Virus record (IMG/VR): IMGVR_UViG_3300022748_000015
Coordinates: 32,001-96,000 of that record
Source: a virus
Reading direction: 5' to 3' (one strand)
DNA: 64,000 nucleotides
The stretch's first letter is position 1; each line of letters starts with the position of its first letter. Below the pieces are notes generated by a model that was given only the letters and a program-made list of their open reading frames with translations, was not told where the DNA came from and searched no databases. Shown one piece after another: positions 18,882 to 28,522 of the stretch. A program made the position numbers and the translations under genes.

Positions 18882-19336
18882 TTTTTGATTCACCAGAGTG
18901 GCATGAAGACGCCGAATGTGCAAAAACTTCTAATGAAGAATATAAAGATAACTTTTTTTCAAATAAGTCTTCTCAGCAAAATCCAGCTCTAAGACTGTGC
19001 CAACAATGTCCTGTTAGGCAAGAATGCCTAAAGTGGGGTCTAGAGACTAAGCAAACCTGGGGCATTTGGGGCGGTCTAAACTACAAAAAAATTAGACGCA
19101 CTCTCTCCATAAACTGGGAGGGGCAGGAGATGCGCCATAAAAGATTTCCTCTTTGCCCTAACTGCAATGCTAAAACCTCTAGCTTAGCTACAAAAACTGT
19201 AGATAGACCTACCGCTGGTCGTTGGTCAACAATGAAGGTAGTCGAGTGTGTTGATTGCAAATTTAGTTGGCAAAGCAGAACTAGTGCAAATGCTGTAGAA
19301 GCATACCATTCGCAGCAAACTAGGAAGAAGCGCTAA
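18878..19336 (+). CDS. whiB: WhiB-family transcription factor with extra C-terminal Zn ribbon
   Basis: WHEDAEC...FF...CQQCPVRQEC...WGIWGGL, then CPNC...CVDC. Confidence 0.9.
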   Translation: MIFDSPEWHEDAECAKTSNEEYKDNFFSNKSSQQNPALRLCQQCPVRQECLKWGLETKQTWGIWGGLNYKKIRRTLSINWEGQEMRHKRFPLCPNCNAKTSSLATKTVDRPTAGRWSTMKVVECVDCKFSWQSRTSANAVEAYHSQQTRKKR

Positions 19337-20411
19337 TAGTATAGAACTTTAGATTATTTACTAGTCTATCGTTAGTTGGTTCTAGATCTACTGCAACCCT
19401 ACCGTAGCTAGCTGCATATCGATATTCACCTAAATTATATGCTGATATTGCAGCTAAATCATATGGCAGTGATCCCCAGGCGAAATCCTCGCAGAGGTAG
19501 TCAAGTGGTTTTTCTTTTGTTTCTAGTGCCTTAATTGCAGCAAAATAGCATAGTTGCCAGTCCTGCTGATTGTAGGCATGCTGAGCTAACTCAACCAGAG
19601 CTTCTCTACGTCCAGGTGCTTCTGCAGTAGCTTTTTCTAGCCAGTCTCTAGTATGTTCTTTATCTATTTTTGCTAAAAATCTCATTGAAGCAGCTCGTTC
19701 TGCTGGCCAAGTTGCACTAGGAATACTTAGATGACGAATGAACTCAGCTTTAGCTTCTTCATATTGTCCATAAAAATAAAGCTCACGGGCATAGTAGAAG
19801 GCACTGCGATCATCATTAGGTGACTCGGTAACTGCTAATTTAAGTAGCGGTAGGTATTGAGAGCGGCTCTTAGTTGGATCAGCTCGATGATGTAGAACAA
19901 CCTTCGGAACGGTCACTCTATTTTCTGGACCATCGCCCTCCCAATAGAGAGTCTCGTGACAAGGTTGACGCCAGCGATATCCAAAACGTGAGTGTACTTT
20001 ATCTGCATAGAACTGGATTCCAGGTGTCACCCCATCTTCTTTCCAGTTCCAGATATAGTCATAAGCAATACGTTGAATGTTACCATTATGCTCATCCCAG
20101 GCTTCCTGAATAGCCTCTACCCAACCGGGCTGAAGGTACTCATCTAGGTCGATACTGAGACAAACATCAATATCAGCTGGGATAAGACTAAGAGCAGTAT
20201 TGCGAGGCACATCAAAACGCCAAGGTCTTTGAGTAATTGAATATACCACCGCACCACGTTCACGCAGCCTTTCTACGGTTCCATCAGTTGAGCCAGTATC
20301 GCAGACTAAAACTAGATCTGCTCCTTCATTGGCATCCATAAACTTATCTACATGCTTAATCTCATTGAGGGAGATAGCGTAAACGCAAGTTTTTACTTTA
20401 TTCTTTTTCAT
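19320..20411 (-). CDS. GT2 glycosyltransferase with C-terminal TPR repeats
   Basis: VYAISLNE, DTGSTDGT, PWRFD..RN.AL, SIDLDE (DxD), HET; helical TPR-like C-terminus (FYYAREL...A). Confidence 0.85.
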   Translation of the reverse strand: MKKNKVKTCVYAISLNEIKHVDKFMDANEGADLVLVCDTGSTDGTVERLRERGAVVYSITQRPWRFDVPRNTALSLIPADIDVCLSIDLDEYLQPGWVEAIQEAWDEHNGNIQRIAYDYIWNWKEDGVTPGIQFYADKVHSRFGYRWRQPCHETLYWEGDGPENRVTVPKVVLHHRADPTKSRSQYLPLLKLAVTESPNDDRSAFYYARELYFYGQYEEAKAEFIRHLSIPSATWPAERAASMRFLAKIDKEHTRDWLEKATAEAPGRREALVELAQHAYNQQDWQLCYFAAIKALETKEKPLDYLCEDFAWGSLPYDLAAISAYNLGEYRYAASYGRVAVDLEPTNDRLVNNLKFYTISASS

Positions 20412-21438
20412 ACCAGTCCATATTTGCTAGTAGTCGTTTATTTGTTGGATCAAACTCTAGTGCTTGTTTTCCATACTTTATAGCTTCAGATTTATTTCCT
20501 AAATAGTAACAAGATAGGGCTGCTATATCGTAAGGACCTGATCCCCAGGCTTCTTCACTATATGTAAAACCGTCTCTTCTATCTTCTACTGATATGCAGT
20601 AATCTGCTGAAAATAGGGCTTCAGCATGTTCACCTATTGCAGAGAAAAACTTAGCAGCTTCATAGAGAGTTTCTCGTTCCATACCATCATCTATGGCTGC
20701 TTTAAACCATTTACGAGCCATATCAATATCACCTATAGCAAAGTAATTACTTGCAATATTTCTAGCTATATATGATTTAACTACTCCACCATCTTTGCAA
20801 GCAAAGTAGCTCTCATATCTCCAATGAATTGCTGATTGCATATCGCCAATAGTTTGGTAATCATTGGCTAAGAAGTAGCGAGTCCTCCAGTCCGAATCGC
20901 CTTCTAAAATCTTCTTGTGAAGAAGATTTAAGTAGCTGCGTCTACTTTTCTGCGTATCCTGCCATTCATCTAAAAAGATAGAATCAGACCAAATTGCTTT
21001 TTCAGGTATAGCCCAGGATAAGGTCTCATGTACCGGGCCTACCCATTTACATCCGTGACGTGCATGTATTTTAGAGTGCCACTGCCACTGACCACCGTTA
21101 TGGCGATATTTGTGGTTAAGTGTGGTTGCGTCATTTTTCCAGGCCACCTCTAGCATTTCTCGCCACCCAGGGAGCAATACTTCATCTATGTCTAGAGAAA
21201 TTGCTACATCTATATCCTTAGGTAAAAGATTTAGAGCAGCATTTTTTGCATCATCAAATCGCCATGGAGATACTTTTATTTTGTAGGTAGTTATTCCCAA
21301 TTCTTCAGCATATTCTGCAGTTCCATCAGAAGATCCAGTGTCCGCTAAAAGAATGTAGTCAGCCTCGGCGGCTGACTCAAACCATCGGTCTAAGAACTGC
21401 TTCTCATTTAGGGCTATTGAATATACCGCTACACGCAT
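20398..21438 (-). CDS. GT2 glycosyltransferase with C-terminal TPR repeats (paralog)
   Basis: VYSIALNE, DTGSSDGT, PWRFD, SLDIDE, VHET; same architecture as the neighbour, shared YDIAAL/YDLAAI tail. Confidence 0.85.
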   Translation of the reverse strand: MRVAVYSIALNEKQFLDRWFESAAEADYILLADTGSSDGTAEYAEELGITTYKIKVSPWRFDDAKNAALNLLPKDIDVAISLDIDEVLLPGWREMLEVAWKNDATTLNHKYRHNGGQWQWHSKIHARHGCKWVGPVHETLSWAIPEKAIWSDSIFLDEWQDTQKSRRSYLNLLHKKILEGDSDWRTRYFLANDYQTIGDMQSAIHWRYESYFACKDGGVVKSYIARNIASNYFAIGDIDMARKWFKAAIDDGMERETLYEAAKFFSAIGEHAEALFSADYCISVEDRRDGFTYSEEAWGSGPYDIAALSCYYLGNKSEAIKYGKQALEFDPTNKRLLANMDWYEKE

Positions 21439-21440
21439 GA

Positions 21441-22664
21441 TTACTTAGTTGGAAGTACGCTAATGAATTCTCGTGGATCGAAGTCTCCACCAAATACCAT
21501 AGTAAGTAGTCCTGGATTTGATTCATGCCCAGCACGATCACGGAACCACTCAGATCCTGGGTCTGTAGTTGGACACTGAAGCCATAGGCGGTCGCTTACG
21601 TCCATGGTACGGAAGTTATGGTAATGGCCAGATACCCAGATGTCGGCGAGCCCAAGAGCGGTCTGCCCGAGGGATTGACCGGATAGATATTTTTCAATAC
21701 CATTTTGGCTGCTCTGGTGTCCGTGGAAAATTCCAAGGTGGACTCCGCAAATCTCGGTCACTAGTGTCTGGTGCCCCGAGGAAGGGAAACGGAACTGGAT
21801 ATGCTGTAGGGCAGGGTTCTCGGCACAGGCATCTTGAACAGCAGAGGCAATCTCTACGTTCCAACCATCAGCCGGATCTGCAGCTACTTGGCGAGTAACC
21901 TCGTCGTGGTTTCCATTAATCACTGGAACAATCATATGCTCGGCTAGAGGAGCCAGAGCCTTAATCTGAGCCATAAGAAGACGACGTGCAACACGCACCT
22001 GTTCGGTCAAGCCTAGGTCAGATGCAGCAAGACCCTGTAGACGTCCATTCTGAGATACGTTACCTTCAACGTGATCTCCAGGAAGTCCCAGGGTTATGGT
22101 TCCAAGATCTAGGCCCATCTTTTGATAGCCCTTGAATCTATTCACTGCTTTTTCAGTTAAATCTAGAACACGATCAATAGATTGCTGAGACCCGCCGTTG
22201 CTAGTCTTTTTTCCAATCTGCTGATCGCTAGGGAATGCTGCAAATGATCCCTTGCCGGTAGCTTGCTTAATCCCTGCTGCTGGACGCCACTTCTTAATCT
22301 CATCAATGAGCTTCTCGGCATCTAGGTTATCCTCGTAAATAGTCCCCGCTGGCAGTAGGTTGACTCGTACGGACTCTAGGAATTCTCCATCATACTTCTG
22401 CCACTTTCCTCGTCTCATGGACGCTACGGTCCATTCACGGGGATCCAGACCAAAGTCCTCTAGTACTGCAGTAGCATCTTGGACTTCTGATGTAGGGGCT
22501 GGCTTAGATATGACAAAACCGCCCTTGGCGGTATCGATATCCATGCGAGGACGCCAATCTTCAGGAATATTCATCGCTTTAATGTCTGAACCCTGCGGAC
22601 CAGCTGAAGCTAATTTTTCTAATTTTTCTGAGAAACCCATGTTTAGTTGGCTCTCTTTCCGCAA
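21441..22664 (-). CDS. Calcineurin-like metallophosphoesterase (Mre11-like family common in actinophages)
   Basis: SDQQIG, GDHVEG, GNHDE, HGH, GHYH motifs. Confidence 0.85.
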   Translation of the reverse strand: MRKESQLNMGFSEKLEKLASAGPQGSDIKAMNIPEDWRPRMDIDTAKGGFVISKPAPTSEVQDATAVLEDFGLDPREWTVASMRRGKWQKYDGEFLESVRVNLLPAGTIYEDNLDAEKLIDEIKKWRPAAGIKQATGKGSFAAFPSDQQIGKKTSNGGSQQSIDRVLDLTEKAVNRFKGYQKMGLDLGTITLGLPGDHVEGNVSQNGRLQGLAASDLGLTEQVRVARRLLMAQIKALAPLAEHMIVPVINGNHDEVTRQVAADPADGWNVEIASAVQDACAENPALQHIQFRFPSSGHQTLVTEICGVHLGIFHGHQSSQNGIEKYLSGQSLGQTALGLADIWVSGHYHNFRTMDVSDRLWLQCPTTDPGSEWFRDRAGHESNPGLLTMVFGGDFDPREFISVLPTK

Positions 22665-22906
22665 CCGCAGTCGCCTCGACGGTGTCGGTCTATGGTGCTA
22701 TTACTAATATCAAACCCCTCGCCTCGTAAGATGCGTCCTAGTTCAGCACTTGCTACATGGGTAGGATCTTCTTTACTAGTTTTTACAATTGCTAGTAGAT
22801 TTGCTTGATCCTGCTTTGAAAGTTTTGGATCAATAAATAGCTTTGCCAATACACACAGTTGATTTGATTGCGTGGATGCAGCTTGAAGCTTGTCTGACAG
22901 CGACAT
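22643..22906 (-). CDS. Small hypothetical protein (possible HTH, ends HRRGDCGC)
   Basis: Coupled upstream of the phosphoesterase; helical ELGRILRGEGFDISNSTIDRH segment. Confidence 0.6.
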   Translation of the reverse strand: MSLSDKLQAASTQSNQLCVLAKLFIDPKLSKQDQANLLAIVKTSKEDPTHVASAELGRILRGEGFDISNSTIDRHRRGDCGCGKRAN

Positions 22907-22961
22907 AGTTCTCCCTCGTACGTCTATAGTGTCATTAAGTAGTATAGTACTAAATTTTCAG

Positions 22962-23294
22962 TTAACTAGCTTTTCTTTGCCTTGGTTTTGAAGATACTGA
23001 AGTTGGTCTAGTTCTAGAGGTAATCATAAAATCTTTAATCAACTCTACTTCAGCCGATGTCTTGATACTGTGAGCTTCAATTATATTAACTCTATCGGCT
23101 AATGAGCTACCGCCATTCTCCCAGAGTTGGTGTTCAACTCGGTCTAGACGCTCTGCAAGGGTTCGTCCTTTGCTATCAACTCCAATAGAGTCGCTAATCT
23201 TTCTTACAAAGCGGTAGATGGCTACAAGCCCTCCGACGATGACGCCGATTGCGGTAATTACCGCGGCGATTGTTAGAATAATCTCTAGTTGCAT
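22962..23294 (-). CDS. Single-TM membrane protein (DUF2746-like/holin-associated type)
   Basis: N-terminal hydrophobic helix, then coiled coil with NGGSSL.DRV motif seen in actinophage lysis-region membrane proteins. Confidence 0.55.
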   Translation of the reverse strand: MQLEIILTIAAVITAIGVIVGGLVAIYRFVRKISDSIGVDSKGRTLAERLDRVEHQLWENGGSSLADRVNIIEAHSIKTSAEVELIKDFMITSRTRPTSVSSKPRQRKAS

Positions 23295-23435
23295 GGCCTA
23301 TAATGGATTCTACGGGGAGCGGTTAGATTCGTTCTTCTATTGTACCCTAGAAGGGTTTTCCTTATTTGACGGGCTGTTAGGTCGAGCCGTTGATGAGTTT
23401 GTTCAGTCAATCTGAATTATTTATTAATGCGTGAC

Positions 23436-23465
23436 TTGCAGCATCTTCGAGTATGGGTGTATGCT
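23436..23465 (+). promoter_or_regulatory. Putative promoter of primase gene
   Basis: TTGCAG-18 nt-TATGCT in the divergent intergenic region. Confidence 0.4.
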
Positions 23466-23521
23466 GTCAATAACTTTGGAGAGCATATGTATGTTTTTAA
23501 TGACGGAATGGTGGACAACTA

Positions 23522-26164
23522 ATGGCTAACTGGGAGTCTGCGGCTGGCCGCCTTGGCCCTGCTGCTGTATGGTACGCAAAAAATGGCTGGTATATCCTTC
23601 CCGTTCATGGCATCACGAAGGATGGACGTTGCACCTGTGGTAAGCCACACTCTGATCCACGTGAAATTGGTAAGCACCCAGCGCTTTATAACTGGAATAC
23701 CGAAGCTTCGAATGATCCGATTAAGGTCGCACAGTGGTGGGAAGAAAACCCCGACTACAACATCGGAGTATTCTGTAAGCCATCTGGCTTCTTCGCAATC
23801 GATATCGATCCACGCTCCGGCGGCGATGATTCTTTCCAGGTTCTAGAAGAGCGTTCTGAGGGCGCAATTATTGCCACTACTGAAGCTATTACCGGTGAAT
23901 ACACTGTTAAGGGCAAGGTAGTTCGTGGACGCCACCTTCTATATAAATGTGACCCAAACGAGAAGTTCCTGGGTAACCTTTCGAAAGAGGGGCTTGGTGG
24001 TATTGACATCAAGCACAATGGTTACATTCTTCTTTCCCCGTCTCGCCACTTCTCTGGCATGACATATGACTGGAAGCCAGGCCATGAGCCATGGAAGATG
24101 GAAGTATCTGAAGCTCCAGAAGAACTTTTAAACGCCCTTCGAGCAAAATCACTTCGTCGTTCGGGCGGAGCAACCACTACATATAAAGAGGGTGAGTGGG
24201 GCTGGCTTGGGGACTTAGAGTTTCGTGGAGAAAAGGTTGATGTCCAGGCAATCCTTGAAGAGGGGATTGATGAGGGTGGTCGTGCTGTTGGTGTCTACCA
24301 ACTCGCATGCGCTCTAGCAAATAAGTTTGGTACTAGCCCTGAATCACGCATGCTCATCGAGTCAATGATGATTCGATTTAATGGGGAGAAGATTCGTCCT
24401 CCAATGGAGCTTGAAGGTCAGAATTCGATTCTGATGCATACTCATCGAGCTATTGATTTTGTTGCCAATAACCCAAAGATTGATAAGTCTTGGCCTGGAA
24501 TTTCTGAATGGGTTGAGAATCAGGGTAAATCCTGGGCAGAATCTGCCCATGAAGAGGGTGTACCTGTATTCTTACCGGATGTGCCTACGGTAGTAGAGCC
24601 AACTCCTGCTGCAAATAATGTTGGAACTACTGTTACCGCCTTAGTTGAGAGCGGTATGTCTGTTACGGATGCCGCTAGTGGTGGAAATATGGACATTCCT
24701 AAGGATGCTGATGCTCTTGAAGCCGAGGGTGGAGGAACTCCAGGCCGTCGCACCCTTACTGATGTCGGTAACGGTCGTCGTATTATTGATACTTTTGGTT
24801 CCGCTCTTCGCTATACTCCAGGTCTTGGTTGGTTTCACTGGACTGGCAACTTCTGGAAGCCAGATGTAGAAGAGCTAGGCATTAATGAACTTGCTAAGCG
24901 AATCTCTCCCGTAATCGCCAGTGAGGTAGTTAACTACGGCGATGGCGATGAGCAAAAGAAGCAGGATATTGTTAACTGGGCTAAGCAGGCAAAATCTAAT
25001 AGCCGTATTGCAAATATGATTAATCAGGCAAACTCTGACACTCGAGTTCAGGTAAGCGTTGAGCAGTGGGATGGTTCGCACCACTTACTCGGCGTTATGA
25101 ATGGTGTTATTGATCTTAAGACTGGAGAGCTTCACAAGGGGCGTCCAGATCTTTATATCACTAAGCGTGCTCCTGTTTCTTATACTCCAGGACTTCGCAA
25201 TGTACGCTGGGAGCAGTTTATTGACTTCGCTACTGGTGGCGATAAGGAGCTTCAGGACTGGGTTCAGCGTGCAGTTGGCTACACCTTAACTGGCCTTAGC
25301 AACCAGGATGTTCTATTCCTTGTCTATGGTCCGGCTGGTTCTGGTAAAAATACTTTTGTCGAAACCATCGTTGAAGCACTCGGCACTGAGCAATATGCAG
25401 GAACCCTACCATCTGACCAACTTGCAGCTGGTAACGGTAATAACTCTTCTCAGCAGTACTATATGGCTGAGCTGCGTGGTAAGCGTATGATTTGGGTTGA
25501 TGAGTTGCCAGAGTCTGAGCGTATCAATGAGAACCAAATTAAGCAGATGACTGGTTCATCAACCATCTCTGCTCGTTCTCCCGGTGAGAAGCCGTTTACA
25601 TTTAAGGCTCAGGGTAAGCTATGGATTACCACTAACCACCGCCCTATCATTAATGATGATGCCATGTGGCGTCGTCTACGTCCAATTCCATGGTCAAAGG
25701 TAGCTGAGAAGCCTGATCCCGATTTAAAGGCCTATCTATCTGATCCTGATGGTGGTCTTCCAGCTGTTCTTTCATGGGCAGTAGAGGGTGCTATTAAATA
25801 CCTTGGTTCTTCAGAAAAAGATCCACTTGGTTGGTGTACTGCTGTTAAGGAAGCTGCAGAAGTTTATCGCAAGAACGAGGACCGAATTGGTATTTTTCTA
25901 GAAGAAGAGACTACTAAGTCTGAAGGCGCTGCAGTTTTAGTTGGAGATATTTACTATGTATACCGCTCGTGGAGCGATATGCGTGGTGAAAAGCCTATGA
26001 CTCAGATTGCATTCCAGCGTAAAATTTCTGACCGTGGTCTAGAAGTAGTTGGCCAGGGAGCTAGAGCAGAGATTCGTAACTATATGCGAACCCCGAAGGC
26101 TGTTCCTCAGCAGGTCAGCGAAGTCAACTGGAACGATATGACGCGTTTTGCAAAGAATATCTAA
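23522..26164 (+). CDS. Bifunctional primase-polymerase fused to D5/P4-type SF3 helicase
   Basis: Prim-Pol motifs YNIGV, IDIDPR, RHLLY, DIKHNGYI; D5_N region; Walker A GPAGSGKNT, WVDELPE, TTNHRP. Confidence 0.93.
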   Translation: MANWESAAGRLGPAAVWYAKNGWYILPVHGITKDGRCTCGKPHSDPREIGKHPALYNWNTEASNDPIKVAQWWEENPDYNIGVFCKPSGFFAIDIDPRSGGDDSFQVLEERSEGAIIATTEAITGEYTVKGKVVRGRHLLYKCDPNEKFLGNLSKEGLGGIDIKHNGYILLSPSRHFSGMTYDWKPGHEPWKMEVSEAPEELLNALRAKSLRRSGGATTTYKEGEWGWLGDLEFRGEKVDVQAILEEGIDEGGRAVGVYQLACALANKFGTSPESRMLIESMMIRFNGEKIRPPMELEGQNSILMHTHRAIDFVANNPKIDKSWPGISEWVENQGKSWAESAHEEGVPVFLPDVPTVVEPTPAANNVGTTVTALVESGMSVTDAASGGNMDIPKDADALEAEGGGTPGRRTLTDVGNGRRIIDTFGSALRYTPGLGWFHWTGNFWKPDVEELGINELAKRISPVIASEVVNYGDGDEQKKQDIVNWAKQAKSNSRIANMINQANSDTRVQVSVEQWDGSHHLLGVMNGVIDLKTGELHKGRPDLYITKRAPVSYTPGLRNVRWEQFIDFATGGDKELQDWVQRAVGYTLTGLSNQDVLFLVYGPAGSGKNTFVETIVEALGTEQYAGTLPSDQLAAGNGNNSSQQYYMAELRGKRMIWVDELPESERINENQIKQMTGSSTISARSPGEKPFTFKAQGKLWITTNHRPIINDDAMWRRLRPIPWSKVAEKPDPDLKAYLSDPDGGLPAVLSWAVEGAIKYLGSSEKDPLGWCTAVKEAAEVYRKNEDRIGIFLEEETTKSEGAAVLVGDIYYVYRSWSDMRGEKPMTQIAFQRKISDRGLEVVGQGARAEIRNYMRTPKAVPQQVSEVNWNDMTRFAKNI

Positions 26165-26255
26165 TATTTATGGTATAAGATAGAACTGTACCGGGAGAGG
26201 TATAGACGGGGACTAGGAGTTATTTCTAGTCCCCGCAGTCTTATTTAGGATAATA

Positions 26256-27014
26256 GTGAAAATTTGTATTGCAACACCTATGTATGGTGGTAATGCCAAG
26301 AGTGTATTCATTACGAGCCTTGCCAATCTAACAATAAGACTTGCTCAGCGTGGTCACTCCGTTGTACAGACCAACCTCACCAACGAAAGTCTTATAACTA
26401 GAGCTCGAAATACTCTTACTTATTCTTTCCTAACATCCGACTGTGATGCTCTGCTATTTATTGATGGTGATCATGGATTTGATGCTGATGATATTGTAAA
26501 AATGGTTGAATCTGGTAAAGATTTAATTGGTGCAATTTACCCTATGAAGTCAATCAACTGGCAGGCTGTTAGAAATGCAGCACTGCTTGGTAAAGAAAAT
26601 TTAGAAGAATATTCTGGAATCTTTGCTGTAAATATGTTAGACACATCTCAGCATTTTGATGCCAATGAGCCATTTAGAGTTATGGATATTGGTACCGGTA
26701 TGATGTTTATTACTCGTAAAGTATTTAATGATCTTAAGCCATTGTGCAAAACATATAAGAGTAATAGTTATGGAAGTACTATTCCTTTTGGTGAAGATGT
26801 TGTTGAGTATTTTACTACCGCTATCAATGAAAAAGAGATTCTTTTGTCAGAGGACTATGCCTTCTGTGCAATGTGGAGATCTCTAGGTAATGATGTTTGG
26901 GCCGCCCCCTGGGTGAAGATTTCTCACGCTGGCGAATATAGTTTTTCTGGTCAGTTTGCAAAAACTGTAGAACTTCAGGCTGCAATAGCTGAGCATAATA
27001 GTAAAAATAACTAA
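26256..27014 (+). CDS. GT-A fold glycosyltransferase-like protein
   Basis: IATPMYGG, SLITRARN, LLFIDGD (DxD), GTGMMFI, LSEDYAFC, ISHAG; widespread phage GT-A-like family. Confidence 0.7.
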   Translation: MKICIATPMYGGNAKSVFITSLANLTIRLAQRGHSVVQTNLTNESLITRARNTLTYSFLTSDCDALLFIDGDHGFDADDIVKMVESGKDLIGAIYPMKSINWQAVRNAALLGKENLEEYSGIFAVNMLDTSQHFDANEPFRVMDIGTGMMFITRKVFNDLKPLCKTYKSNSYGSTIPFGEDVVEYFTTAINEKEILLSEDYAFCAMWRSLGNDVWAAPWVKISHAGEYSFSGQFAKTVELQAAIAEHNSKNN

Positions 27015-27949
27015 TCCCTAGTTGTTATAACTTTTTTATTTTTAAAGTCAAGTCCAGCGAATACTCCAAACTCACTTAAAGTTCGTACGGAGCCTAATGC
27101 ATCTTCTCCAATTCTTTCTAATTCGAATATAGATTTGACTTCTAGGCGTGATTCTTTATCTAAAGTTGGCCAAAGGTCGGGCCAGTCTGCCCAGGCGTGG
27201 TGTCTTCTTGCTAAGTGGTAGGGCTGCCCGCTGTGATATAGATGCCATACTAAGTGATTTCTGGCAGTCACAATATTAAAACCGTGAGTAAATGCTCTGG
27301 CTGCAATAAGAATTTCTTCACCCCAGAAGGCTACTTTTTTATTAGGTTTAATTTTTGCAAAAGATCCATCAGTAAAAATCATGCCGCCAGCTACTGAAGA
27401 TGTGTATTGACACCCGGGTGGTGTTGTTATAGCTAACTGACTAGGTATAAATCCTAATTCAAAGGAGTCAATTCGTTCTTTAAAAGAGACTCGTGTATTT
27501 TTTTGTTCGAAGTGATCCTCTAATATTACACTTCCGTTTTCTATATACCTATAGTTAGGCGGGTACATAGTTATTAGTGGTTTTGCTATTCCAATATTTT
27601 CATACCATCTATAGTCTTGTATAGCAAGTTCATCCCAGTTCTTTTGGAATCGCATGTGTGCATCTGTTTGAAGATAGAAGTCTTCGTCTATATACAATTC
27701 ATTTGCCATATACCTAGATAGTTGTACTCCAATATTATCTGGAGCTATGCTTTCTATATACCTAATCTCTACATGCTCCGGTGTATTTACATGAGAAATT
27801 GATATAGAGTCTTGTTCTAGCGTGCAGTTGTGCACCCCAAAAACAATTTTATTATTTCCTGATGACATTTCTATGGCATTTTTTATTGTCTCAGGGAGCT
27901 CTAAATCCCTATAGGCGGGGAGCTGAACAAATATGCTATTAGTCACCAT
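27011..27949 (-). CDS. GT60-like (Skp1-Hyp/polypeptide alpha-GlcNAc transferase type) glycosyltransferase
   Basis: IFVQLPAYRD.E, LQTDAHMRF.KNWD, AGGMIF, FWGEEI...RAFTHGF, WHLY; matches the GT60 (PF11397) pattern IFVSIASYRD...QIDSHMRF...WD...F.GEE. Likely start 27949 (ATGGTGA overlap); track start 27964. Confidence 0.8.
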   Translation of the reverse strand: MVTNSIFVQLPAYRDLELPETIKNAIEMSSGNNKIVFGVHNCTLEQDSISISHVNTPEHVEIRYIESIAPDNIGVQLSRYMANELYIDEDFYLQTDAHMRFQKNWDELAIQDYRWYENIGIAKPLITMYPPNYRYIENGSVILEDHFEQKNTRVSFKERIDSFELGFIPSQLAITTPPGCQYTSSVAGGMIFTDGSFAKIKPNKKVAFWGEEILIAARAFTHGFNIVTARNHLVWHLYHSGQPYHLARRHHAWADWPDLWPTLDKESRLEVKSIFELERIGEDALGSVRTLSEFGVFAGLDFKNKKVITTRD

Positions 27950-28188
27950 TTGTTGGTTGGACATGTTGAATCTTTAAATTCTACTCTTGTAGGCATAAAG
28001 CATCCACACTGGGAACATTGGCTAGTGTAGTTCACAAATAGTGGGCAATCTCGGCAAATATCTAATCTAGCATTGCTGATGTCTTGGTCTATCTTCTCTA
28101 GAGATAGGATATCTGTTGATTTAGGTGATATCTCCGTACCCCGTGTGCTGACTACTTTCTCTTTATAGAGCTGCCAAGCACTAGGCAT
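27943..28188 (-). CDS. Small Cys-rich protein (DUF6171-like)
   Basis: RLDICRDCP...CSQCGCFM.......STCPTNKW. Confidence 0.7.
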   Translation of the reverse strand: MPSAWQLYKEKVVSTRGTEISPKSTDILSLEKIDQDISNARLDICRDCPLFVNYTSQCSQCGCFMPTRVEFKDSTCPTNKW

Positions 28189-28516
28189 TCTGTAGTACCT
28201 CTACAAATTTTGGATCACTAGAGTATGCTGCCACTAGCATTTCATTTTCATTTGCTATTTCTTGAACTAGTGCTACTGAATCTCCTAGCAAGAATGCAAA
28301 TTTAGTAGCCATAGGATTAATGTCTATTTCGGCTACTGGAGATCCATCCATATAGAATGTGCCTTCAGCATATGTAGACCCTACTACTACATCCAACCCA
28401 TCGCAGATAACTATTGAAGGATTTGATCTTAGGGTGTCATAAAATCCGTCGTTGAGCTCTACTATCTCTAAATTAAATGCAAATGCATTATCAATGATTA
28501 ATGAAAAAGTTGCCAT
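28181..28516 (-). CDS. Small hypothetical protein, family repeated at 32349 and 33407
   Basis: FSLIIDN...LRSNPSIV and a second FAFLLGD...YSSDPKFV unit; similar to IALVIDG...LLAQPTFV and IAVLIDN...FLANPTFV. Confidence 0.6.
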   Translation of the reverse strand: MATFSLIIDNAFAFNLEIVELNDGFYDTLRSNPSIVICDGLDVVVGSTYAEGTFYMDGSPVAEIDINPMATKFAFLLGDSVALVQEIANENEMLVAAYSSDPKFVEVLQNA

Positions 28517-28522
28517 AGCTAA

